From the IMG/VR virus record IMGVR_UViG_3300023710_000222: a stretch of 20,000 nt of DNA. The stretch is one strand, 5' to 3'. The position numbers were made by a program, and so were the translations under genes. Positions 7,345 to 15,276 of the stretch are shown here, piece by piece. The notes beneath the pieces are model-generated. The model saw only the letters and a list, made by a program, of their open reading frames with translations, did not search any database and was not told the DNA's origin. This DNA comes from an uncultured virus (IMG/VR IMGVR_UViG_3300023710_000222). Its lineage: Duplodnaviria; Heunggongvirae; Uroviricota; Caudoviricetes. Positions within the stretch are counted from its first letter, which is position 1. Every line of letters starts with the position of its first letter.

Positions 7345-10300
7345 CTATTCCATTCTATCGAACAAATCAGGGGTTGTTTCCTGCTCGATCTGGGATGTAT
7401 CCAGCAGATTGATTTGGTAATTCTTCACTAACTCGTCATAGTCGAAGCAGTAGGCACGCTGCACCTCTTCGACGTGTCTGCTCTTATCTCCTGGGAACTT
7501 CGGCGTACTCATCTTGGGTATGCCGCCCTTCAGGAAGCACTTGAAGCGTACAGACTTCTTCTCACCGAGATATTCCTTCGACTTTTCGAGGTAATACTTC
7601 AGCGAGGCTTCTGGGATGCCCACCTCGTCCGTCATCTTATTGGAGCGTTTGTACAGCTTGAAGATACGCGACTTCTGGAGGAACAACACCCTCTTTGATG
7701 CTGGCCAGTCCGCATTCGTCACGATGTCCGTTGTCAGCGAGGTAACCGTCTTGATGCAGAAGTCACCTTCATTGATTATCTCGCCCTCAGAAAGCAGGTA
7801 CTTGACAGTACGCCAGAACCCGGCCAGCTCATTGTTGGACTTACATTCTGCGTTCTGCCGCTTGATGCCATCGATGATGACAGGCTTCATGGACTCATAA
7901 TGAATATCGATGGCCAGGCTTGATTCCAGCGTCCTCTGCACGGCCAGCAGAATCGTCCAATTGTTCCTGATTCGATCCTCGATTCGTTCACCTTCCAGTG
8001 CAGCGTCCATCTCCGACTGTGTCATCCTATAGAAGTCCTTGAACTCCACTTCCATCTTCTTGCGATGGCGAAGCAGCTGCAGTGTCAGGTGCGAGACACC
8101 CAATGAACGCATCTCCTTCAGGCGGTTGTATTCCGCCTGCTGTTCCTTCGTAAACTCCGATGTGTCGAAGGTCAGATACACGAAACGCGAGAACAGTGCG
8201 ATGTCAGCCGTGGCCATCTCCTGGCCGGAGAGGATGATGCCCGCATCGACGCTGGTTGTCTCTTTCTTCTTGTCAAGATCCATGTTCATCCTGGTTCGTC
8301 CTGTGCCGTCCCACAGGCCCTTCAGGAACTCACGCTTGTAGAGATCGATGTCATTCTTGAACTCATCGATATGCACCAGGGCATTGCTGACAGCCGCCAC
8401 CGTGTCATTCAATGCCGGAAGCGTAGCGTTCTGTATATTCGGCGGCACATTCCCGATGATGAAGAAGCTCATCAGCGTATGTCCCAGCTCAGACTTACCC
8501 GAACCTTTCGGGCCGAAGAGATTGAGGATAGGGAAGGAGCGCGTTTCAGCCGTCACGATGTCCCGGAAGAGCGTAGCCATCAGGAAACAGAACCCTATGC
8601 GTCCGTTATCCCCGAACACGCGGAATATCTGCCCTGTGAAGTCAACCAGCGGCAGTGTGGAATATCCCATGTGTACAAACGTCTTCTCAAACTTATAGAG
8701 TTTGTTGTCCTTCTTATACTGCTGGGAGAAAGCGGGAAGGTAATAGTTGCCGATTTCCCCAAGCCTGACGATGCCCATGTCATCCACCTTCTGGAACTCC
8801 ACGCCGTCCCATACACCGTTTCCGAAGGCGAAGAAGCCTTCCCGCTGCCAGCCCAGCTGCTTGACTTCCTCTGCCGTTTCCGTCACCTCGTAGAGGAAAC
8901 GCTTCAGCTTCGTAAACTCGCGGTCGGTTGCCATCCAGAGGAAGTTACCCAGGCCTTCTATCTTCTGCTTGAATTTCGACAGTCCCACAAGCTCCTCCTG
9001 ACGCAGTTCCACCAGTTTCTTCAGCCCGAACTCATTCTTGATATAGTAGAGACGTTTGGGCATGATGTTGTCTATGATGTGGAACAGCGGTTGCATGGTG
9101 AAGTTCGACCATTCCCATTCATCACCGTCCTTGGTCGTGGAACAGTACTTACCTTTCTTGATATAGAAGCCGTACTGCTGCAGCTGCTCCAGATTGATTT
9201 CCCGTTCCTTCTTCGGCAGTCCGGCTTTTTCGTTTGCGATGCGCTTCTGGTCGTTTACAGCTCCACGCCAAAGCGCTTCCTTCTTTCCGCTCTTCTCAGC
9301 CAGCTCATCAATGAGCATGGCCTGTTCCGTATCTGACGGCACCATGGCCACCAGTCCTGCCAGTTCTGCCACGACAGTAGCCTTGGCCTCCGTCGTCTTT
9401 GCTCTTTCAAAACGCAGATCTGCCAGCCACAGGATGAAGTCACGTTCTTCAAGGCCGTTGAAGTGCTTCATGTCTCGGCAGTATTCGTCAGGATCCTGTT
9501 TCTCTCCGCTCTCTCCGAGCGGGATAGGCTTCACGGACACTGCGAATCCGGCTTTCATGGCCTCTGTGCCGTTCTTGATGACCGCCTTTGTCCCTGCTCC
9601 GAACTCATCCCCGGCTTTCACTGGGTCGGCATCAGGAAGGAAGCAAATCTTATGTGCTATGCGCTTCAGCTGCTGGAACTGCGCATCTGTCCATGCCGTT
9701 CCCAGAGGGGCTACCGTATTGACCACTCCAATCTGCTGAAGCCTCATGCAGTCCGGCGCTCCCTCGACAGCGTACACCTTCTGTTCCTTGGCCGCTATGC
9801 GCCTGGCAGAATGGAAGCCGAAGAGGACATCCCCTTTATGATAGATAGGCGTGTCAGCACCATTGAGGTATTTGGACTTCGATGTGCCAGTCAAATCCCT
9901 GCCCGTGTAGTTGATGACACGCCCCATGCGGTCCTTTATCGGGATCATGATACGGGAGCGGAAGAAGTCATACCATTTACCCTGTTCGTCCAGCCCCACG
10001 AGACTGAGCGCTTTCAGACGATCCAGGCTCTCGCCGTTCTTCTGCGCCCAGTCCACAAGGACGTTTCCCTTCGGCGCATAGCCGATACCTTCCTCCTCGC
10101 AGTATTCCGCTCCCCATCGGCCATGAGCGTATTCCTGGGCTTCCTCATCCTCCCGGAACATCGCCTTATATAGTGCATCCACACGCGCCATCAGGCTCAG
10201 GTATGCCTCTCGTTCAAGGCGGGCATTCTTCTCGTCTTCTGTTTCCTCCTTATCCTCAATCTTGATATTCAGTTTGTCGGCCAGCACCTTCACGGCTGCA

Positions 10301-10548
10301 GGAAAGTCCAGATGGTCGTAGTCCATCACGAAGCCAATGGCGTTCCCATAAGCCCCGCAGCCGAAGCAGCGATAGGTGCCTTTCAGCTCATCCACCTTGA
10401 ACGATGGTGTCTTCTCTGTATGGAAGGGGCAGCAGCCGACATGGTATTTGCTGCGTCCTCTTCTGCTCAGGGTAATGCCGTAGTCTGTAATGACATCCAC
10501 GATATTCGACCTGTCAAGCACCTGTTCTATGATACTTTCCTTAATCAT
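7345..10548 (-). CDS. DnaG-type DNA primase (CHC2 zinc finger + Toprim) fused to C-terminal P-loop ATPase/helicase
   Basis: CCPFHTEKTPSF...YRCFGCG zinc finger; RIMIPI, KYLNG, VEGAPD, PLGTA, FLPDAD, QDPDE Toprim motifs; Walker A GPKGSGKS and Walker B VHIDEF. Likely start ATG 10548 (MIKESIIEQVL) rather than GTG 10602. Element-borne, not the host dnaG. Confidence 0.92.
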   Translation of the reverse strand: MIKESIIEQVLDRSNIVDVITDYGITLSRRGRSKYHVGCCPFHTEKTPSFKVDELKGTYRCFGCGAYGNAIGFVMDYDHLDFPAAVKVLADKLNIKIEDKEETEDEKNARLEREAYLSLMARVDALYKAMFREDEEAQEYAHGRWGAEYCEEEGIGYAPKGNVLVDWAQKNGESLDRLKALSLVGLDEQGKWYDFFRSRIMIPIKDRMGRVINYTGRDLTGTSKSKYLNGADTPIYHKGDVLFGFHSARRIAAKEQKVYAVEGAPDCMRLQQIGVVNTVAPLGTAWTDAQFQQLKRIAHKICFLPDADPVKAGDEFGAGTKAVIKNGTEAMKAGFAVSVKPIPLGESGEKQDPDEYCRDMKHFNGLEERDFILWLADLRFERAKTTEAKATVVAELAGLVAMVPSDTEQAMLIDELAEKSGKKEALWRGAVNDQKRIANEKAGLPKKEREINLEQLQQYGFYIKKGKYCSTTKDGDEWEWSNFTMQPLFHIIDNIMPKRLYYIKNEFGLKKLVELRQEELVGLSKFKQKIEGLGNFLWMATDREFTKLKRFLYEVTETAEEVKQLGWQREGFFAFGNGVWDGVEFQKVDDMGIVRLGEIGNYYLPAFSQQYKKDNKLYKFEKTFVHMGYSTLPLVDFTGQIFRVFGDNGRIGFCFLMATLFRDIVTAETRSFPILNLFGPKGSGKSELGHTLMSFFIIGNVPPNIQNATLPALNDTVAAVSNALVHIDEFKNDIDLYKREFLKGLWDGTGRTRMNMDLDKKKETTSVDAGIILSGQEMATADIALFSRFVYLTFDTSEFTKEQQAEYNRLKEMRSLGVSHLTLQLLRHRKKMEVEFKDFYRMTQSEMDAALEGERIEDRIRNNWTILLAVQRTLESSLAIDIHYESMKPVIIDGIKRQNAECKSNNELAGFWRTVKYLLSEGEIINEGDFCIKTVTSLTTDIVTNADWPASKRVLFLQKSRIFKLYKRSNKMTDEVGIPEASLKYYLEKSKEYLGEKKSVRFKCFLKGGIPKMSTPKFPGDKSRHVEEVQRAYCFDYDELVKNYQINLLDTSQIEQETTPDLFDRME

Positions 10549-10598
10549 CTTGCATCTTATTACAGTCTGTTTCCCAAAATTGCCACGGATGGCTGGCT

Positions 10599-10868
10599 TC
10601 ACAGCTTGCCAGCCGTGGACTTTTCACTTATACATACTCCCTCAAAAAGGGAGCTAAACAATGTCTGTTCGCTGATATACCAGAGCTTCCCCTTCTTGAC
10701 GGCCCCTTTGATTTCTCCTTTGGCGAACTTGTTATTTACTTCCTTCACGGTAAGCCCCAGCTTCTGTGCCACCTGCTCCGCCGTGAAGAAGTTATAGTTG
10801 ATTGCCCGTTTCTCTATTTCCTCTACGATGAGGTGGGCGAGGGTAGAAAGCTCAATGCTACTTAACAT
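10599..10868 (-). CDS. Excisionase-like / HTH_17 DNA-binding protein, 89 aa
   Basis: FFTAEQVAQKLGLTVKEVNNKFAKGEIKGAVKKGKLWYIS fits the MerR/Xis-type winged-HTH pattern; near att and upstream of the primase. Confidence 0.75.
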   Translation of the reverse strand: MLSSIELSTLAHLIVEEIEKRAINYNFFTAEQVAQKLGLTVKEVNNKFAKGEIKGAVKKGKLWYISEQTLFSSLFEGVCISEKSTAGKL

Positions 10869-11097
10869 GGCGAACCTCCTTTCCCTTGACTCCTACGAGC
10901 CAGACTGCTACGACCAAATCATCATAGTCAATCTTATACTTCATTTCCTGTTTTTGCATAAGCCCCTCCGTCTTGTTCCATCGGAGGATGATGGAGGACA
11001 TCGAGCGGCATTCATTACGGCTGCTCAGTCTTCCGAGCATCACCTTGTCTGGTCGGAGCTGTCTAAGCCATCCAGTCTTGTTCTGTATTGTTTCCAT
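10858..11097 (-). CDS. Small early hypothetical protein, ~79 aa
   Basis: Likely start METIQNKTGW at 11097 (track start 11169); 3' end overlaps the HTH gene start, consistent with an operon. Confidence 0.55.
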   Translation of the reverse strand: METIQNKTGWLRQLRPDKVMLGRLSSRNECRSMSSIILRWNKTEGLMQKQEMKYKIDYDDLVVAVWLVGVKGKEVRHVK

Positions 11098-11276
11098 CTT
11101 GTTAGAGGATTGTATAATGGTTGTTGACAAACAATAATTATCCCAAACAGCATCCTTCCATGCATTCAAAAGGTGAAAAACGCTGCATTTGCGACCCGAA
11201 AAAGCCGTGAAATGTGTTAAAACCGCTTAAAAACGCACTCAAACCGCCTAAAATAGTCATTTTTTTAAACATTTAT

Positions 11277-11307
11277 TTTGTTTATACTTCAATTTTCTGT
11301 ACCTTTG
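11277..11307 (+). promoter_or_regulatory. Outward-facing consensus Bacteroidetes promoter
   Basis: TTTG (11277-11280)-N19-TACCTTTG (11300-11307). Confidence 0.65.
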
Positions 11308-11359
11308 TACTCGCAAAACGGAGATAGCATCAAAGTTGTGCAAGTGCTGAAAGGTGTTG

Positions 11360-11396
11360 CAAAGGTAGTTGGAGTGCCAACAAAGCGAAAAGACAA
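11360..11396 (-). promoter_or_regulatory. Inward-facing promoter TTGTCTTTTCGC-N17-TACCTTTG
   Basis: -7 box at 11367-11360; 12-mer at 11396-11385 identical in sequence and spacing to the head-operon promoter. Confidence 0.65.
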
Positions 11397-11429
11397 ATTG
11401 AGCACCTTTTGACCTAAACGTCAGGGCAC

Positions 11430-11472
11430 AAAAAAATCTGCTCAACAGTTCGTGAGAACCATTAAGCAGATT
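11430..11472 (-). terminator. Strong intrinsic terminator facing into the element
   Basis: Minus strand AATCTGCTTAATGGTTC-tcac-GAACTGTTGAGCAGATT forms a 17-bp stem (three G-U pairs) running into a T7 tract. Confidence 0.8.
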
Positions 11473-11596
11473 ATAAAGAGAAAGAAATTTCTGCCTCCCC
11501 GAATTGATCTTTTAGTCTGTTAGCAGATTTCCGTCACAGGTTTTGTTACAGCTAAAAAGAAATAAGCCTAAGAGATTGAGTATTACCCCAAAACTT

Positions 11597-11615
11597 GATT
11601 CCCGTAGGCGCTACA
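11597..11615 (+). other. att site: 3' fragment of a tRNA gene (possibly tRNA-Glu)
   Basis: GATT-CCCGT-AGGCGCT-A-CA reads as T-loop end, 3' T-stem, 3' acceptor strand and discriminator. No 5' tRNA half upstream; sits at the phage/host junction and is followed by a terminator. Isotype is a recollection-level guess. Confidence 0.75.
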
Positions 11616-11649
11616 ATGGGAATCTCGAAAGAGGTTCCCATTTCTGTTT
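11615..11649 (+). terminator. Intrinsic terminator of the original tRNA locus
   Basis: AATGGGAATCTC-GAAA-GAGGTTCCCATT (12-bp stem, GNRA loop) followed by TCTGTTT. Confidence 0.8.
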
Positions 11650-11701
11650 AAAAAAACCAATCTGGCTTACAAGACACAAGCTCTGATATAAGTTATCATT
11701 T

Positions 11702-12448
11702 TTAATCGTTAATAAATTCTTTACTTATATAATAAAGGAACTTTACGGCGCCGATGATGTATCGTCGCCACATTCTTCTTGGTTCCATGATCAGTCGGTA
11801 GAGCCATTCCATGGAATTTCTTTGCCACGAAAGCGGAGCCCGTTTTACGGTGCCGACATAGAAGTCGAACACGGCACCGACAGTTCCGCAATGGCAGTGG
11901 ATATTTAGTTCGTCCCAATGTTGATATGTCCATTTCTCCTGTTTGGGAGCTGTCATGCCTATCCAGAGCAGGTCTGGGGCAGCATCATTAATGGCTTGTA
12001 TCATCGTCTGGTTGTCCTCATCCGAGAACTCTGGTTTAAAAGGTGGCGAATACGTTATAATGTCCAGATGCGGATAATCGACAGCCGCCCGTTCCCGAAT
12101 CAAGGCCAGCACTTCTTCACTTGAACCGAGAAACATCACCCGCAGTTTGTCATTTGTCATTTTACCTTTATCATTTAGCCTTCGCATTTCGAAGACGAAA
12201 AGGTCCCATCCAGCAATGCGCTCCTTGGGTTGGCTCTTCGCCTTCAACCAACGGCAGGCTTTTACGATGCTGGCGCCATCCGGAATCAGATAATCCCCCC
12301 TGCTGAGTGCCTCGGCAAACGCCTCGTCCTCTTGGGCCGTATTGTAAGAGTGGGCATTGATGGTATTGATGAGTATCTTCCCGACAGGAATCCTGTCAAG
12401 CTCTGACCGTGAGCAGACTATATTTAGCGTTTTGAGTTGGAGTGACAT
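11702..12448 (-). CDS. WecB/TagA/CpsF family glycosyltransferase (GT26)
   Basis: INTINAH, LIPDGASIV, RIAGWDL, MFLGSS, LLWIGMTAPKQEKW, VGAVFDF, KRAP, EWLYRLIMEPRRMWRRY. Confidence 0.95.
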   Translation of the reverse strand: MSLQLKTLNIVCSRSELDRIPVGKILINTINAHSYNTAQEDEAFAEALSRGDYLIPDGASIVKACRWLKAKSQPKERIAGWDLFVFEMRRLNDKGKMTNDKLRVMFLGSSEEVLALIRERAAVDYPHLDIITYSPPFKPEFSDEDNQTMIQAINDAAPDLLWIGMTAPKQEKWTYQHWDELNIHCHCGTVGAVFDFYVGTVKRAPLSWQRNSMEWLYRLIMEPRRMWRRYIIGAVKFLYYISKEFIND

Positions 12449-13521
12449 GAACAGGCGGTATAGATATTATTGAGTTTGTCTATATAAGAATCTGCGTCGA
12501 AGTGCTCGTATATGTAGCTGCGTGCCGATTGGCTCATCTGTTCCAGTCTGTCCCGGTGAGTATGCAGGTAAGCAATCGCATCCACGATAGATTGTGCATC
12601 TTTTACTTTGACGAGCATCCCATTCCGCCCTTCTGTTACAACAGTTGGAATACTGCCGACAGGCGTGATGACAGGAACCACTCCGTAGCTCATACATTCG
12701 AGCAGGGACATCGGTAGTCCCTCAAAGAAGGTGGGCATGGCAAGTACATCAAGGCTTTGCAGGAAAGATTTCTTTTTCTCTCCACTAACTATTCCGGCAT
12801 ACGCAAACTGATTTCCGAGCAGCTTGCTGAACTGCGGCAGATATTGTCCTTCCAGCTCTTCTGCTCCTGCGATTTGAAGACAGAACGGGATTTGGCTCTC
12901 TTTTAACATACAGCACGCCTGCAAAAGATAGTCCATACCTTTTGTAGGGGCTATACGGCCAAGATAGCCTATGGTAAGAGGAATAGAATTCTCTTTATAT
13001 TTGCGCCGAAAAGTTTGGGCATCTTTCAAATCCACGCAGTTCGGCAGTGACACCACGTGTTTCGCATGGAATCTCTTTCTAAGGGTCTCAGCCTCCGTCT
13101 CGCTCAGCGCAATGAAAGGCACATTCCAGGAAAACACCTGGTTCAACATCTGCCGGAAAGGGAACGGGATGCTTTCGGATGTAAGATAAACCCCACCATG
13201 AATGTGTATGACCATCCTGTTCCCATTCTTGAGTGCTGCACGCATAAAGGGCGTATCTCGTATGATGCTCGGCTTCTCCAAGGGGAAGTTATAATGTACG
13301 AGGGCATCAGGGTAAGTCTTTAGAAGGCGTTTCCAATCTTTATATTTTCGTATGATAGTATTTACTCTATGAATGCCACCCTTTTCGCCGTCCTTCCGTC
13401 CCAATTCAAAATGCACATAGTCTTGATGCGGGTTGTTCTCTATGATGAATCTCGTCACAGACGACAATCCGCTGACATTCTTCGTCGGGTCAAGCGAGGG
13501 TGAGGTGATGATGATTCGCAT
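12424..13521 (-). CDS. Glycosyltransferase family 4
   Basis: HIHGG, YLGRIAPTKG, EGLPMSLLE (E-X7-E), VITPVGSIP; likely start MRIIITSP at 13521. Confidence 0.92.
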   Translation of the reverse strand: MRIIITSPSLDPTKNVSGLSSVTRFIIENNPHQDYVHFELGRKDGEKGGIHRVNTIIRKYKDWKRLLKTYPDALVHYNFPLEKPSIIRDTPFMRAALKNGNRMVIHIHGGVYLTSESIPFPFRQMLNQVFSWNVPFIALSETEAETLRKRFHAKHVVSLPNCVDLKDAQTFRRKYKENSIPLTIGYLGRIAPTKGMDYLLQACCMLKESQIPFCLQIAGAEELEGQYLPQFSKLLGNQFAYAGIVSGEKKKSFLQSLDVLAMPTFFEGLPMSLLECMSYGVVPVITPVGSIPTVVTEGRNGMLVKVKDAQSIVDAIAYLHTHRDRLEQMSQSARSYIYEHFDADSYIDKLNNIYTACSCHSNSKR

Positions 13522-13525
13522 AACT

Positions 13526-14153
13526 TTAGACTTTACACCTCGTCTTTGTTTCGGCAAATATTCTTTCCAGCTGCTCTCTGGAGAAGCGTTCCTCCTCGGG
13601 GTATAAAATTGCCTCGTGTTCCAGTATCTGGTCTATCGTCCATTTGAATTTTATGGGTTTAGCAGGAACTCCACCTGCTATACAATATGGTGGTATGTCT
13701 TTTGTAACTACAGCTCCTGCGGAAATAATAGCCCCTCTTCCTATAATTACGCCACAAAGTAGAGTTACATTCATACCTATCCATACATCTTCTTTCACAA
13801 TTACATCCTTGTCATAACCTTCGGGTTTTTCATCTTCAGTAATTGTACGATAATACCTACCTATTATTTGTGCATGATTACCTGTTGCAACTTTAAAACC
13901 TTCAGTAGCACCAGATCCTTTGCCCAAAATAAATTTTGCATTTAGATTAAGGATGACCGCATCTCGAAGCGTATTATTGCCCATCAGATAACAATTTTCG
14001 GGCTTTGTTATTTTAATAGGCGGTGTTATGAAAGAATCAGGGGCTATATAACCAAACCGTTTCCTACTATAACCCATATAATCTCTCAAAAGGCAATAAT
14101 AAACCTTTGATAAATCTATTCTGCTTTATAGAATTACTTATTGACATAACCAT
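13526..14153 (-). pseudogene. Hexapeptide-repeat (LbH) O-acyltransferase with apparent 1-nt insertion frameshift near 14095-14103
   Basis: VIVKEDVWIGMNVTLLCGVIIGRGAIISAGAVVTKDIPPYCIAGGVPAKPIK in the 13526-14089 frame. The natural N-terminus (ATG 14153, MVMSISNSIKQNRFIKGL) is in another frame and stops at 14067-14069. Could be an assembly error. Confidence 0.6.
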
Positions 14154-14172
14154 ATAAAAATTGATTCTCTAA

Positions 14173-15276
14173 TTACCGATTGAAAAAATCCATGTATTTT
14201 CTTGCACAATTCTCTATCGTATAAGCACTGTCATCTTTCATCTTGAGCGAATTCTGTCGCAATTCACATAAATGCTGATACGAATATTCCAAAGCATCCA
14301 AGTATTGCCCGACTGTGTGCCCTTCGCTCAATACACCATTCACCTTGTTCTCAATGATATCCACTGCGCCACATACGGGGGTTGACACGATGGGCAGCCC
14401 CACAAGGCTTGCCTCTAAGATGGTGATAGGCATACCCTCAAAGTCCGATGACAGACAGAACGCATCTGCATGGAGCATGTAGTCGCCCACATTCTTGCGC
14501 GTTCCTATAAAATGCACTTTATTTCCAGCCTCCCGCCGAATGGATTCCCCTAACTTGCTATCAAAACCGTCACCGATGATGACTAAATCTGCATGGTAAC
14601 CCTTTTCCACGAATTTGCCAAAAGCCTCTACCAAAAGCATTTGGTTCTTTACGGGATGGCATCGTGCCACATGAAGATAGATACGGCTGTCTGCTGCGCT
14701 TTTATAGGAAGCCATTTCCTTTCTTGTCTCATCAAATCTGTCCGTTGGTACTATCGGTGCCCTGCCATTGGGAATGCATGCTCCTTTGATCTTAGGATAA
14801 ACATCTATCATGTCGCGGTAATTGGTTTCGCTCAGTGCTATAAAACCCATCCTCTGGTGATAGCCAACCGTTTTGACAAGAAACCGGTAGAACAGAGAAT
14901 CGTATCCATTGTGAATATCGCTATGAATGGTTTGATAAAACTTCATTTTCCGATGGAGCAGGAAGATGGCCAGAATACAATAATGCGGAATTTTATCGCC
15001 GTGCAGGTGAACGATGTCCGTCTTCTCTCGTTTTATCGCTTTGTATATCTTGACGACTTTACGTACAGAATAGCCTTTGCCAATCCCGACATTTTTGTAT
15101 GTAACTCGGGCGGCCAACTCGGAAGCATAAAACAAATCTTTTTCCGGCTCGACAGAATCATCTTTCAGTGCCATGATAGTTACGTCATTGGCCTTCGAAA
15201 GCTCGTTTGTCAGGTCAACGGCAAAACGTTCTGCGCCACCAGGACGAAGGTTAAACACAACTTCAAGGATTTTCAT
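14173..15276 (-). CDS. Glycosyltransferase family 4
   Basis: MKILEV...GGAER, HVARCHPVKNQ, LSSDFEGMPITILEA, VSTPVCGAVDII. Confidence 0.93.
   Translation of the reverse strand: MKILEVVFNLRPGGAERFAVDLTNELSKANDVTIMALKDDSVEPEKDLFYASELAARVTYKNVGIGKGYSVRKVVKIYKAIKREKTDIVHLHGDKIPHYCILAIFLLHRKMKFYQTIHSDIHNGYDSLFYRFLVKTVGYHQRMGFIALSETNYRDMIDVYPKIKGACIPNGRAPIVPTDRFDETRKEMASYKSAADSRIYLHVARCHPVKNQMLLVEAFGKFVEKGYHADLVIIGDGFDSKLGESIRREAGNKVHFIGTRKNVGDYMLHADAFCLSSDFEGMPITILEASLVGLPIVSTPVCGAVDIIENKVNGVLSEGHTVGQYLDALEYSYQHLCELRQNSLKMKDDSAYTIENCARKYMDFFNR

Larger units (their letters stand above)
1..11615 (-). mobile_element. Integrated prophage or phage-satellite-like element (right portion; left end outside window)
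   Basis: Co-oriented Xis-like HTH, primase-helicase, iteron region, ClpP-type prohead protease and capsid-like gene, bounded on the right by a tRNA 3'-end fragment typical of an att duplication. Integrase, terminase and portal are not in the window. Confidence 0.85.

Noticed and set aside
7474..11127. Multiple + strand ORFs up to 321 aa
   Set aside because: Antisense shadows of the primase and early genes with no motifs.
11257..11445. 62-aa minus ORF as a candidate repressor
   Set aside because: It starts at TTG inside a terminator stem, crosses both promoters and shows no HTH pattern.
11540..11615. Intact tRNA gene
   Set aside because: Only the 3' ~19 nt are tRNA-like; no 5' acceptor strand, D arm or anticodon arm can be built upstream.
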